A DNA stretch of 64,000 bases from Octopus bimaculoides (taxonomy: Eukaryota), in the NCBI RefSeq assembly GCF_001194135.2, contig NC_068986.1, positions 41,745,865-41,809,864 on the forward strand, in the 5' to 3' direction. The notes under the pieces are model-generated. The model was given only the letters and a program-made list of their open reading frames with translations. It had not been told where the DNA came from and searched no databases. A program made the position numbers and the translations under genes. Positions 1-13,390 of the stretch are shown here, in pieces (the stretch's first letter is position 1; each line of letters opens with the position of its first letter).

Positions 1-1000
1 ATCCTAGATTTTTATAAGTTTATCGTAAATGTCCAAGCTAAGTTTTAGACTTTTAGTTGGCCCTTGTTTCATACGTTCTGAGTTAAATAAATCTTTCCTT
101 TTATAAGTCCCAAGTTTTCCAGTAGTTGAATAAATTAGTAATATGTATCATATATGATGCATTGACACCAGGGAAATATGTCCTCTGTATCACGTCTTAC
201 ACAGGAGAGGGAAAGAGTTACAATAATGATACAATGAAATTTTCACTAGGTTGTCTTCTGCATGAAGAACGTGTGCTAATACACTCAAGCTTGCGAGCCT
301 ATAAAGTGTTAGTCTGGCTGGAATATTGGAGTCGTAAGTGGAGAAGAGAGACTATCAGTGGCAGTACGTATGAAATATGTACAAAGATACATGTAGTTCA
401 GAGTTGCAGTCCATAAGAGAAAGAAAGACAGAGCGATTACAGTTTAGACAGAAGAGGAGGTTCATCATCTGTTTCTTCTCAATTAACTTTGGTAGCAAAT
501 GTAACTGAATATCTCGTTGAACCTGCTTAAACTTCATGAGCATGTTAGACCGCATCTAAAATGCATTTTATACTTTATCACCAAAGGTACAGAAGGTCTT
601 AAAAGTTTGCACAATTACATGATTTCGAGTTCTATCCGACCGACTACGTGTTTTTCTTTTTTTTCTTTCTAGACATATATCACTCCCAACAGCTTTGTTT
701 TAATCAAAATTTCATTCAGAAATTTTGTAGACGGAAACTGTGATGGAGATACGTAGGATGTATTGTTAATGTTCTTGAGAAGTAGATTTAATCCGCTGCC
801 TGGTTTAATATCACCCTCTGATTATTTGGTTATCTGCATTTGGCCCGGGTTTCTTGTTTGAAGTCACAGATCATATAAAGGGAAACATGAGCAAATGTTC
901 TTCTGATAGAGCTATAAAAATTAAATAAAGGGAAACCTAAAATTTAGTGAATGTAGCAATCTTTTGAGGACATAACTAACATTCTTAAAAATTGTATTAA

Positions 1001-1197
1001 GGTGGCAAGCTGGCAGAATAGTTAGAGTAGTGGAAAATGTTTTGCGGTATATGTTCCAGCTTTTAACATTCTGAGTTCAAATCCCGCCGGGATCTATTTT
1101 ACGTTTCATCCATTCGAGTCTATGCTATAAATTAACAGTAAAGTACAGGGGTTGATGGTATCGGCCAATCTCCTCCCCTCGAAATTACTGACTTTGA
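1001..1197 (+). mobile_element. SINE family B (Meta-domain-like), diverged
   Basis: GGTGGCAAGCTGGCAGAA...TTCTGAGTTCAAATCCCGCCG...TTTCATCCATTCGAG. Confidence 0.7.
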
Positions 1198-2786
1198 GAT
1201 TTTTAAATTCCATTTTTAAATTCCATTTGCTTACACTCAACTTCGTGAGTGGAAAACGTCTTTACAACTACTGTCACAACTTACAGTTCAGCTCTGGTTG
1301 TTGATATTGTAGTTTCTGAATGATTTAGCTGATGTTTGAATAATTTTGCTATATCTGTCAGCACAAATTTTAGCCTTGTGTCGAAACAGTTTGTCGTCGT
1401 TTGTTTTACATGGCATTAGATGTACACCGAATTCATTAAATGAAATCATATTTACTAGATTGTTTATATTCCCTTTTCATAACACCTATACACTAATGCC
1501 AATGCAAACAGTTATTCGATGACAATTGCACTAATGAATAATATGGCCATTTTAACGAGGTTGAAAAGTAGGTCTTCCGTTCTTGTGCTATATTCCGGGC
1601 AAATAGCTTCTGTTAATCCTTTTCGAAATTAACGGTAGCTTGGTTTTGTGGTAGAACAGGAGCAGTGTTTTGTCAAAATATAAGAATAATGCGGGAGACA
1701 TTACCCATCGCAGCTAAATAAAATCTAAATATTACACAATAAAATAAAGTACAGACATTCACTGAGTTATAGAAGTGCTAAGTTCCTGAAAGCCATGCTG
1801 TAAAGTGAAACGTACTTTCGCATTTCTGTGTTAGAGAAAATACATTTCATATATATTCAACGATTCCATCAAGTGGAGGAAGCGTGAATTTTATTCAACA
1901 ATTTATCTGAGAATCTAGTTATATAATATACAGATTCAGATAGCTGTCTCTCACTTTGATCATCTTTAATCTTCCCCCCCCCCCCGTCTTTCTCTCTCTT
2001 TGGTTAATTTAATAATTAATCCCACCTATCAATTTAACATTTAGCTAATTTTCTTTTCCTCTATATACTTGCACTTACCTTGTAAACATCAAGCTTCAAC
2101 AATTTGGCAAAACCTCTTGTAATTATTACGCTGATGTATATGAAAGTCTAACTAAATCGATCACTAAACTGCCTTCAAAGAGAGAGCCTCTACGTGGTTC
2201 TCGATTTTATCAGAAATAGCAGCCAAAACATTCTCAATTCACACCTTTCTTTTTTTAGATAAAATAGGATACAATCTTAGCATAAATGGCACAATGGTCA
2301 TTTATGGAGCGCCTTTGAACGAAAAGTCTGTCGATCATTGCTGACTTGGGGCTAAAGAGCAAGCAATAAAATTTAAAATAGTTTACTGTATATTATTCGT
2401 ACGACGACTGCACTGTAAGAACTATGTCGGTGAGTGGGAGTAGTAATATTTACATTTTCCGCCTAGCATTTCTTTCACTGCTTTCTCTGTTGTCTTCGTT
2501 ACACTGTTACACCCCATTCTCCATAAAGACTTTCCTGGGAACTGAGATTGAATAGGACATTGTGTTTTGTAGCCAGACGTTTAACTTCCATCCCATAAAT
2601 TTGCTTTTATACAGCAATACTTATAAAATGTTCCAGTTTTGCGTGAAAGACAATTTGAAACATGGTAAGATAGTTATAAATTCAAAGAACAAAATATATT
2701 TGTTTGGATCTGCAAACCTTTAAATCTATAATAACTATATTTAAAAACGAACAACTGTATTACAAGATAATATAGTAATTATAATA

Positions 2787-2998
2787 TATGAGGAAGTGCT
2801 GAAAAATTCTTGGCTTTAAGGGTGTCACGAAAGGCCTGGTGGGAGGCCCAACCGTCCGAGTTATTTTACAGGGCTTAGAAAAACTGAAGGACAGCTGCAG
2901 TAAGTGTGTGAATCTGAGAGGGGAATAAAATCATAATTAACTGATCCTCTTGTATTTTCTTTTACCCAAAGCCATAAACTTTTCAACACCCTTTCGTA
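2787..2998 (+). mobile_element. Mariner-derived MITE
   Basis: About 30-bp imperfect TIRs (TATGAGGAAGTGCTGAAAAATTCTTGGCTTT / AAAGCCATAAACTTTTCAACACCCTTTCGTA) with TA ends. The interior encodes the mariner C-terminus LQGLEKLKDSCSKCVNLRGE*. Confidence 0.8.
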
Positions 2999-5179
2999 AT
3001 TTATCCAGTTTGAGCGAGGTTTGGGCAGGTCTGTCGTCTCAGCATTTCAGGTCCTCGAGCAAAGCAATGCATTGGGGCCCTGCGTGCACGGTCTCAACAT
3101 ACATGGAGGGAATTGACCTCCCTAGATTAGTGGGTACCTCAATACAACTGCTTACCTCCAAAAACCTGTACCTTAAGACGGTATTGGGTTTTGGAGAAAA
3201 ACACTAATCAATACTTATTCCAATCGGCAGATTGTAGAGTTGCTGTCATCATTGCAGTGACTCGACAGATGTGCTTCAGTAAACTCAAATAATGATGTGG
3301 TATATACTTTAACATAGACTTTAAATCATACAATAATACAAAAGATTAATTTACTTGAAATCCAGTGCTTTGTTCATACAATACGAAACTCAGATTGTAT
3401 GCTTTACTGATTAAATTCAGTTTTTCCATCTCATCAAAGAAGATAAAATACCGACGGATAGCTTTTAGGTAACAGCAGCTTAGGCCATGATTAATTTTTA
3501 TGGTTTGTAGTGAGGATTTTCGGTTCACTCCCGCTTACAGAGTAGGCCATTGAAACTTGATGTTTAAGTAGTATCTCATAAACATTCTACAGAAAAAAAC
3601 TACGATGATTGCTTCCAGGATGGCATACTTTTGCAATGACACGTGATAAAACTTTAATAATCATAAAACGCTTTGTAAAACTTTCTGAGGGACATTACTA
3701 TTTTGCGTTATGAATAAACAATCTGAATATTAATGTTCCGTGGATCAAATACCAGTGTTCTGCTGAATGTGTTAGGTGATCATTGAGCCGTAATGTCGTT
3801 GTGGAAGAGTTACTTCATTTTTCAAAGAAAATTATTTCAATAACATAGTTAGATGTATCGTGTAAGTTAACATTTAAAAAATCCCATACTGGGTTCAGTG
3901 AAATATTTGAAACTGTCAATCAATTGGATCTACCACGCCAAATGTCCCGATCGAGAAATGCAACATCAACGTCAGGTCTGGGTTTTAATCACATTGGTCT
4001 TTCACTAGCTGAAATATCTCCTCTGTGCATACCACGACTACAGATGATAGCAGTAGTTCGCTACTCAAAACTCTGGAATTTCCGAATTAGGGATCGTCTA
4101 CGGGATGCAGAACTATGCAACATGCAGTTAAAAAGCAAACCGGAGGAAATATTTTACACGAGTTCTTATAAAATATATGTAGTCTAGAAGACACTATATA
4201 TTCTTGCATGATAGCTATAAATTTGCTATTAAATCCGATTAATTGACAAGAATGGTGGAGTTGGTTTAAGAGTTGGAACAGATTAATAGATGCTTTAAAG
4301 GCATCTGGTAATCCATTGATCTTTAAAAGCTCTTATGAACTAACTACCAAATAAAGCCTCTTCTATGGTCGCTCGACTTCTTAGAAATGGCAACTAAATC
4401 TCCTTCAAAATCAGAGTCGGCGTGATTGCTTTTTCTAAAATATAAGGCGCGACGTAGATGTGCTCCCGTTTTATTGCGGTTTATTCTATGATTAAATTAA
4501 TATCAAAGAAAATTTAGCGGAGAAAGATGAAATTATTGAACAGTATTTTTTTCTTAGCGTTTAGCCGGGAGAGATGATGGTGCCCATATCTCTTTGCAGG
4601 GCCTTCAATATTGGTAGAAGGGAGGGGTAAGTTATCCTCAAGCCTGTTGCATGTGCCCGGTGTTATTATAATGGATGAAGGTATGATTATTGAATGGTTA
4701 TTATTTTGATATTATGATATTTTTTAAATAATATTTCTATCTTTATATAATAAGTATTTCATATTAATTCATTTGGTACTTATTGTTGGTTGAGATATAT
4801 ATCTAATTATTGTTCTACTTACGATCTGACGAGTAGCTATATTTTTGAATAGAACTATTTTCGATAATTTCAATTGATTTTAATCGATTTAAATTTCTTT
4901 TCTATTTGAAAATTGGTTATGAAACACGTGTAATCTTTTTATTATATTTATCTTATGATATTTACTTTACTTTATATTATACTCATTTATTGTGCTTTTA
5001 ATTATTAATTTTTCTATATGTGATAGTGGATTTTCATCGATGAGTTCTTGAAAATTGGTTATTTTCCCGAAAACTATATATTTTATATATACTTTATCTA
5101 TAAGGCTCAATTTAATTTTAAATTTTTATAAATTGATTTTAATTGAGTTTTTTACCTGTAATTTTGGATTTTGTCCCTA

Positions 5180-5370
5180 ATAATATTATTATATATATAT
5201 ATATATGAATATATATGTATATACGTGTGTATGTTTGTATATGTGTATGTATATGTGTGTGTATATATATATATATATATATGAATGAATATGTGTATAT
5301 GTTTGTATGTATATGTATGTACATATAATTGTATTATATGTGTGTATGTATGTGTATATGTATATATGAA
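5180..5370. repeat. Compound (TA)n/(TG)n/(TATG)n microsatellite
   Basis: Seen directly. Confidence 0.95.
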
Positions 5371-5934
5371 CGGGAATACAGAGATCGTGTTGCTTAGGTC
5401 ACCAAAATTTCCGAGACGTTTTTTTTTTTTTTTTTCACCACTCTTCACTGAAATATTCTATAAACTTAAGTGGTTTTCGGTCGAGGAAGAGATGACACCA
5501 CCAGGTTGGTACAGATTTTTTAATCTGCATTATTTACTGAGAAGATATATTTGGAGTTCTATTTATTTCTAATGTGATATAAGTACACTTAAGTCCGAGC
5601 TCAATCCTAATTGCGTATAAATATAACCAAATAGGTTTCAGACGTGACAATTTCCTGTCTTTTTTACAATACAGAAAGTTGATCCTTTTTATTTGACTTA
5701 TTTTATCACCCTTTTATTGTTAGTGAAAACGTTTCGTCCCTAAGTGATCACAATATAGGCCTTCCACCAAATCTAAGACAACATACTTTTAAGACAAGTG
5801 GCTATCATTTGAAGACGATTTAACCATTATTTCTAGCAAGTCGAGTAACCACTAAGAAGCTTATTCGTTAATCATAATCAAAGTAGCTGGATGGGTAGTG
5901 ATAAACAGATAATGTTAATTAGACGATATTAATC

Positions 5935-6240
5935 AACAAACCGTTAAGTTTGCGGAGATGTAAACATATCAATGCTGGTTGTCAAGCGATGTTGGGGACA
6001 AACACGAAGATGCGCGCGCACACACACGCACGCACGCACGCACGCACGCACGCACATGTACACACATACATCGCGCGCGCGCGCACGGTAGGCTTCCACC
6101 TACCAAATTTTATCGAAAGGCATTGGTAGGCCTGGAGCTATAGTAGAAAACATTTGCCCCAGGTGCTTCGCAGTGGGACTGAAACCCAAAAGCGCGTAGG
6201 TTACAAAGAGAGCTTCTTAACCATACAGTCATGTCTGCGC
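5935..6240 (-). mobile_element. SINE family A copy with internal CG/CA-rich tract
   Basis: GCAGTGGGACTGAA...CTTCTTAACCATACAGTCATG matches the family A head on minus. Confidence 0.75.
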
Positions 6241-6667
6241 GTAAATCGGATGCAGTCTAGAATAGATAATCTTATTTATCAATGAGTTTATTGAATCTAA
6301 ATATGCTAAATGTCCAAGCTAACTTGTGTGTTGTACATTTTAGTGATCCCTTCATTGGCTAAGTCTATTTCATCACAGCAGTGAGGTTGTGCTTAGCTGA
6401 TGAGTTATAGTAAGACCTATACATGTCAGGAGTTGTTTCTCGTACTTGCTGAAATTATCAAAGCGATAGTAATAATTAAATTGTTGTCTTTTCCTCGCCG
6501 CCTAATTATTTCTAATTAGGCTTTCGATGTTCGTTATATTGATTATGCTAAAAGCACCATTTAACTAGAAAGCTTTTGCGTTTGCGGACGTGATGAAGTG
6601 TCTTGAAATTCATATATATAAAAAAAACTATCATTCAACGTCTTTGAGAAGTTCATGCTTAAAGCAT

Positions 6668-7027
6668 TTATTTTATGACCCCGAAAGGATGAAAGGCAAA
6701 GTCAACCCCGGCAGAATTTGAACTTAGAACGTAGAGCGAGAAGAAATGGCGCTATGCATTTTCTCCAGCATGTTAATAATTTTGCCAGCTCGCTGCCTTC
6801 AAGAAGCTTTTAATAATTCTCTTCTATAGGCACAGGGCCTGAAATTTGGTGGTGGGGAGGGAGCTAGTCAATTATATCAACCCTAGTGCTCGACTGGTAC
6901 TTCTTTTATCGACCTCGAAATGATAAAAAGCAAAGATGACCTTGGTGGAATTTGTACTCAGAACGTAAAGACGGCCGAAATACCGTTAAGCATTTTGTCC
7001 GACTTGCTAAAGATTGTGCCAGCAAAG
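6668..7027 (-). mobile_element. Two tandem SINE family B copies
   Basis: GACCCCGAAAGGATGAAAGGCAAAGTC is the reverse complement of the Meta-domain-like GACTTTGCCTTTCATCCTTTCGGGGTC. Confidence 0.8.
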
Positions 7028-7796
7028 GTTTTTAACAATAACCACAAAAAAAAAAAAAAAACTATAAAAGCTGATTTTATTTCAAAAATGTTCTTCAAAC
7101 TAACAATTGCTTATTGTTTCCCTTTGATTTGCAGTCAAATATCTGTTTTTTCATGTCTTCCATTTTCAAGTCACATGGGTAAGCAAATAGCTTGCATATA
7201 CAGAAGATTCTTTGTGTGCGTACGTGTGTATCTTATAGACCTGCTGACTAATGCATTCCATACTTAACAGTATGCACATCATCGTTCTTTGTTTATGGAG
7301 CCTGTCTGGAGATTGGTCAGTGACAAGTTATCAAGACTTTAAGTCTATTTAATCTTGTGTGACACCTAAAGGCCTTTAACGTGTACTGGTAAACACGGCA
7401 GAAAAAAATGAGAAATGAATAGGAATTTTGTCAAGTTGTTACCCTGAGTGTATGTGTGAACAAAATAACATTTTTAAAAAATGATTTCTTTGCAAGCATA
7501 CGTTTCTTTTCGTCCTCTTTGCCCTCTGCAAACAATTCGCCTGTAAGCATGGTACGACGATTTCTAGTATTTCTTTTAGAAGTGAGGAAAGCAAGAGGTT
7601 GTGACATTTATACATTAGCAATGTAAGTGATGTCTTTAATCAAGATTTCAAGCTCAATTTTTCAAGCTCAGATCGTCGTAACTTATGTTTTCTTATTTAG
7701 ACATACGTTTTATTTACTTATTAATTATTTTATCAAAGAAATGAGGCTATAAGATAGTCATGCCTTTCACAAATGAAGTGGATCCAGTTAAGGAAG

Positions 7797-7850
7797 TACA
7801 GTAATCCCTCGACTATCGGGGGTGTTACGTTCTAAAAACCTCTCTCTCTT
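7797..7850 (+). mobile_element. pogo/Tigger-like terminal fragment
   Basis: TA|CAGTAATCCCTCGACTATCG... resembles a Tigger-type TIR; the partner end was not located. Confidence 0.45.
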
Positions 7851-8791
7851 TCACACACGTATACATATATAACCCTGATAGAGGACGAAGATCACCCAAT
7901 AATATTGGTTTGGCAAAGATCTATCAAAAACATTGGCGGCGGAGGACAGATTCCAAGCGCGTCATAGTGAAACGCATCGCAATTACGGCCACTTAAAAAC
8001 TCTCTCTCTCTCTCTCTCTCTATGACATTTATTGTGTCTTCTGTGTACAAATCGATGCACGACTACTACTGTTTGGAGCTCCATTTTGACTATCATCGTC
8101 CATCTTGCTTCTAGTATAGTAGTTAAGTATTACTAATTATATTATGTAGAGCAAATGTAGAAGAAATTACGATAATCAAAAGTTTACATCATTTGCTCCT
8201 AAGTACGCTTCACTGTTGTAGTTGTTTGGAATTCTTTATTGGATGTTTTACCTCAACAGATTGTCAGTGAACTCTTATTCCATTATATCACAACCAACAA
8301 TGGTAAAATGTACGTAGTAACAATGGCATACATATACACATACATACATAGTTTTTTACATGCATACTTTTTCCAATTTATTCGAGTAGAAGGAAACTAG
8401 CATGTTGAGTCCTCAATCTAGTTTTGTTTGCTTCCGGGAAAGGCAAGAGCATCATAAGTTTCTACTTTTCTTTTTGAATCTTTGAATCTAGTGATCTTAA
8501 TGTCAAGGTACAACTGATTTCAGTTGTTTTGATGCCTATTTGATATCTACTCAAATTACCCGGAAAGTTCTGCTCACTATGATAATGCGACATAGATTTT
8601 CTAAAACCCTGGATAAGGGACTGCTCCCGTTGACTGCATTTAATTGGTTGAGTTTTATGTTTTTAAGGATTTGTCTCAATATTTTTAGGCTGGTATTTTG
8701 GTAGAGAAACATGGACAAGGCAAAAGTTCAAGTGAAAATTTGGTTCTTCTAGGGAAAGAAGATTTAACCATGTTTTGAACGAAATTTAAGG

Positions 8792-8980
8792 AGTTATTTA
8801 GCCACAGGTCAACCCTGACTGAGCAAACTTATGAGCAAAGGCGTTCTCGCCTTGACCTTTTTTTTTTATGTCATAAACTATATTGTCCAAAGTATTCTTA
8901 TTTTAGGACTGTAGGATGTAATCTAAGGGAGATTTGGCTGTCATTTTTAGCAGATTGTGAAACCGCATGCAGGGTCTTAT
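8792..8980 (-). repeat. Dispersed repeat family D (CTGCTAGAAATAGCAGCCAAATCTC motif)
   Basis: The same motif recurs at about 2190, 4365, 5810, 12435, 12765, 31080, 40270, 43130, 45110, 57420 and 60530, in both orientations. Confidence 0.65.
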
Positions 8981-9585
8981 GACGGGCGTTAAGAGAGGTG
9001 GGAGGGTTTCCAGAAGCGGTGTGAACACCATTGATTGTAGAATATTTACTTCAAATAATTTTCGGCTTCATTTACTTCTGTTCAACAACTGTCAAAGATT
9101 TCTGACCTAAATGTTCAACCCGCCGAGGCTTAATTTCTAACGTGACCCTTATGACTCGCCTGTATAATAAACTCAACTGTAAAAAGGAGCTTTGGGAAGT
9201 TTTCACATTCCGTTCCGTATTTATGAACGTCCAGCAAATCCAGATAGTGACAAGCTTTTATGTGAAGAAATTTCTATGGCGGTTACGCTTCAAGTCTTCA
9301 TTAAGTTATCTTTTGTTACGTGTATAAACGTGTGTTGTACATATATATATATCCATATATATATATATATGGAATCTGTTGTATATAGTCTCTGATCCAT
9401 GGTAACTAGAATAGAAATTTTTGGCGCTAACTCTATCGTTGTTCATAGACCCCAATAACTTAATTTTTACTTTTTGTGATTATAGGTCTATAAAAATAAG
9501 TTGATTGCCACTTTTTAAATAAGAAATATTTGTTTACTTAAACAGAATTCTTGAAATATCTCATTCTCATTTATTATCGTTTGTT

Positions 9586-9760
9586 CCCCCCCTCTCTCTC
9601 CCCCCTCTCTCTCCCNNNNNNNNNNNNNNNNNNNNNNNNNNNNNNNNNNNNNNNNNNNNNNNNNNNNNNNNNNNNNNNNNNNNNNNNNNNNNNNNNNNNN
9701 NNNNNNNNNNNNNNNNNNNNNNNNNNNNNNNCTCTCCCCCTCTCTCTCCCCCTCTCTCTT
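9586..9760. repeat. (C5-6 TCTCTCT)n low-complexity tract spanning gap 9616-9731
   Basis: The same unit occurs on both sides of the gap. Confidence 0.85.
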
Positions 9761-10397
9761 ACTGAACTGTCTCACACACATTCTGGAGGTAGTATTCTCA
9801 TATTCATTGTCCTCTAATTTATTGATTCAAATTTCAACACTGGTAAAGCTAATGGGTCGAACGGTGAATAGTAAGATTAATTTAGGTGTTTCAATGTGTG
9901 TATGTTAACTGTATTCTATTGAAGTAATATATAGTGAATATACAGGTATATTACTGGTATTTGTTTGATGGAAAACACATTGGGAATGAAAGCCTAAGTT
10001 GATCTCAGTGTTACTTGACTTTATCGTCTAGAAGGGTTAACTAAATTATGAGGTATTCAGTTTAAGCATTCTCCGATTTCTATTTACTTCACAACCTTAA
10101 TGATTTTATTCATTGGTACTTGGTTTAATGTTGAAAGAGGAGACAGAATCAAACTTCTTAATGCCTTTCATCGTGATTTCAAATCGGCAGTTCCATTCTC
10201 GATCGGCGCAGTTATCTCTAACTACGCCAATCAAGAATCGAACCCAGGTTGGGTGTTCAGCCTATCATTGTTATTTTCTTTTCTAAATGCAAAACTTCGT
10301 CTGTACGCATCTATTGTCATTCCTGCAGCGTTGCATGCAAAGTTAGACATAGAAGCAGACGGAGAGAATTTGTAATATGGTGAATGTCTTGCATTGT

Positions 10398-10640
10398 CAA
10401 TACCTTAGAAATATCCTAAAAAACAATGAAATCATGTGAAGAACTGGTCTAAGTAAACTGCAAATCATTATCACAGCTAGACGAAGAAAGCTGCTTGGCC
10501 ATGTATTGCGTTTACCATTGGAGAGACTAGTAATGATAGCCAGTCGTGTGGATAGTTCAAAGAGGAAGGAGAAAGAAAGGCAGGTTGGTGACGACATGGC
10601 AATGCACTGTGCAGGAAGATTTCACCAAGATGGATTAAGG
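10398..10640 (+). mobile_element. RTE-type LINE ORF2 C-terminal remnant
   Basis: QYLRNILKNNEIM*RTGLSKLQIIITARRRKLLGHVLRLPLER...KRK, then a frameshift to TWQCTVQEDFTKMD. Matches the typical RRLRWLGHVLRM...GRP..TW...V..D tail. Confidence 0.75.
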
Positions 10641-11042
10641 AGGGTGCCGTTTAGATCAGATTAGAGAACTCTAGTTACCCAAGCCCTTTGAGCGAATGGA
10701 GATAACCTAACATAAATGAGAAAAAGGAAACTGGCTACTTGTCAATTTACCCGTGTAATCTGGGGGGAATTTAAATGTGGGTTTGTTGAAAGCAGGAAGT
10801 TACATAAAGTTACTAAACTAAATGAAATACTGATTTACTTGTGTCAAATATTGGACTGCGGCTATGCTGGGGCACCGCTATTATATTTTGCTGATTAAAA
10901 TCTGGAATTTATTCATTACAACTGATGATGGTATGTGTCGGTAAAATTTAGCCAACAAGTATTTTCTAGATAGATAGGGTTAATTTGTCATGAGGATGGA
11001 GGTGCTAATAATTTCTTCGAACTTAAATCCAAAGGATCTGTA

Positions 11043-11400
11043 GAATAAAGTTATTCGATGGAGTGCGTAGCTCGGAGATCAAGGGGTCTCTCAAGGCCGA
11101 GCCGCTATTTCTTTCCATTGAAATTATTATGGACATGTGATTAGAATGTTGCGGGAAAGAATTGCACAATGGATTCTTCAAGCTGGGCCAACTAGTAGAA
11201 CAAGATGGCTGGATAATATTCATAGTCTCAGTTGGTCACGGTTGGAAATCCAACCGAAAGTGTAATGACGGTTGCTTCTGATATGACCCTATGAAGGAGG
11301 TTCTTGAGGACTCTACCTCAACGACACATCCAAGAAAAGCAGGCGAAGAAGATGGATAGATTCGATGGACATTAATCTTCATCTGGGAGTGGAAAGGAGG
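11043..11400 (+). mobile_element. RTE-type LINE ORF2 C-terminal remnant (second family)
   Basis: From 11128: YGHVIRMLRERIAQWILQAGPTSRTRWLDNIHSLSWSRLEIQ. Confidence 0.7.
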
Positions 11401-12845
11401 GAAAAGTGATGGTGCTTGGGCTGGAGGTACACCATTTATTTACCGAGTCTGGTTATCCTCGGTTGTAGGCCATTTTATTTCACTTCACTTACATCACCTA
11501 ATGCTCTCTAGAAAATCAATGAACATCACTTTAATTATTATTTTCTATTTCCCTCTTAAATTCCAGTTTTTGTCTAAGAAACCAATGTATACTGCGGCAA
11601 GGAAAATCGTACTGGTGTCACCATTGTTCACCGACAATGGATCACCTGCAACCACTATTAGTGTCATAGGATGTCAGTTGATCTACTTCGTAGGAATATA
11701 TCCTATTCGTTATAATTGCTTTAGAATGTTTAATCTATTTCATAGGTTCTGCTGATATTAAGCCCGATCTGTTTTGTTTTTTTTTTTCTTCTTTTTTGAC
11801 ATCTATGATCGTACGTGCGTATCCACATGTAGGCACATCATTTGAAATGGTGGTTCATTTTATAACGGATTGTTAGTTCAAGAAGACTACATTATTATCG
11901 CTGTTTTGTTTATGATACAACCAATGTCTTGTTCGTACAGCCACTATATTTTGTATCTTCCTCTCCCTCTTCATACCTGAAAAGAAACAGATTGCCAAGT
12001 TGAATTAAAAGTTCATTCTCTACTACGATCTCATTTTAAGCTGTTCATAACCCGTGACAGGTCACGGCGCATGATTTGAGAATTACTTCACTATTGTAGA
12101 GACAGTATTGTTTCGGGATTGTCATGAAAGCCACTGGCTCTTAACTACTTTGATTCAGTAGCCGGTCTCATCAAACACAAACATATATTTTCTTTTTCAT
12201 TGTAATTTTTACTTTGCTCTTTTTCTCGTCTCTGCGAAGAAAGATTAAAGGGGAAAAAAGCGTATCTAGATCTGTAGTAAGCTACTTAATGACATGCACC
12301 ATGTTGATTTTCTGAGCTGTTATTCAGAAAAGATACATACTAATAACTCTTCTAATATCCATTATAGTTAAAAGAAAGTTAACTCTGTCTCCAGTACTGC
12401 AACGTTCCTTAAACAGTTATTTATCTGGTTCCTAAACTGCTAGAAATATCACACAAAACTCCTCAAATTCACGTCCTATCAGCTTAAAAAAAAAAAAAAA
12501 TGGAAGGACAATGTATTCCTAGGTATATCGAAGAAACAAAAGTCTGAGTGCATGGTAACAGCTGCAAAGGCTTGGCTTATTTATCATGGCTGATCTAAAG
12601 CTAAACAAGCATTTTGAACAGTGCTAGAAACGGGAATCACTTGCATGACTTCTCAAATCTTAGAACCACAAATATAATCAGGTTGGATCACTGGTAAATT
12701 TATATTTCAGTCAATATATTTCAGTCAATATATTTGCAACGTGCCAACACGGTAGCCTCTAAGTGGTCGCTCGACCTGCTAGAAATATTCGCCAAATCTC
12801 TCTTAAATCACACGTTATTTTATCATTTAAGATAATAGGACCCAT

Positions 12846-13103
12846 TTCTATATTTAAGAGATGGGGAATTATGTACATTATTTACAATTGACGGATATTT
12901 GTCCTCATCTTGTTTGTTGTTAACGTTTCAGCTGATATACCCTCCAGCCTTCATCAGTTGTTTTGGGGAAATTTCGAACCGAGGTTCTCATTCCTAAGGT
13001 GTTTGTTGATATTATTATTATTATTATTCAGGTCACTGCCTGGAATCGAACTCGGAATTTTGGGGTTAGTAGCCCGCGCTCTTAACCACTACACCATATG
13101 CCC
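12846..13103 (-). mobile_element. tRNA-headed short element with Penelope-type 3' part (full copy)
   Basis: On minus: A box TGGTGTAGTGG, B box GAGTTCGATTCC, (AAT)n, then CTGATGAAGGCTG...CAGCTGAAACGTT. Confidence 0.75.
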
Positions 13104-13105
13104 AG

Positions 13106-13222
13106 TATGGTGTACTGGTTAAGAGCGCGGGCTACTAACCCCAAGATTCCGAGTTCGATTCCAGGCAGTGACCTGAATAATAATAATAAAAATGATAATA
13201 TCGAAAAACACCTTAGGAATGA
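13106..13222 (+). mobile_element. Truncated inverted copy of the same tRNA-headed element
   Basis: Near-perfect reverse complement of 12988-13098, separated from it by only 7 nt. Confidence 0.85.
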
Positions 13223-13390
13223 CAAACTATTCTTCTTGTCAACAACGCTGAATACCGATTCCTTCAAATTTACTTAATGAGAGATACCACTGAGCAAACG
13301 GCTCGCTGAGCTCAGGTGACACCTGAAACAAAGTGAAAAAAATACCACCAAAACAACTTAAACCGTCCAAAGGATTGGTGCGTTTGCTAG

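Noticed and set aside
355-555. 66-aa minus ORF directly after an acceptor-like ttttag
   Set aside because: Could terminate the speculative minus-strand chain, but there is no recognisable domain or independent support.
4690-5180. Extremely AT-rich 500-bp block (possible organellar insert or origin-like element)
   Set aside because: No mitochondrial ORF, tRNA or repeat unit is recognisable; most likely a LINE 3' UTR or low-complexity DNA.
5139-5572. YI/VC/TH-rich ORFs (also 15487-15987, 34860-35146, 50684-51132, 53768-54264)
   Set aside because: Microsatellite and SINE translations.
7135-7178. Plus-strand 44-nt exon-like segment (tttgcag|...|gtaagc); similar at 11567 and 15231
   Set aside because: All frames are open and uninformative, it cannot be linked to any gene, and it lies upstream of the inferred promoter.
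13104-13175. tRNA gene (ACT anticodon-like loop)
   Set aside because: No proper acceptor stem; it continues into an (AAT)n linker and a repeat body, so it is a SINE head.
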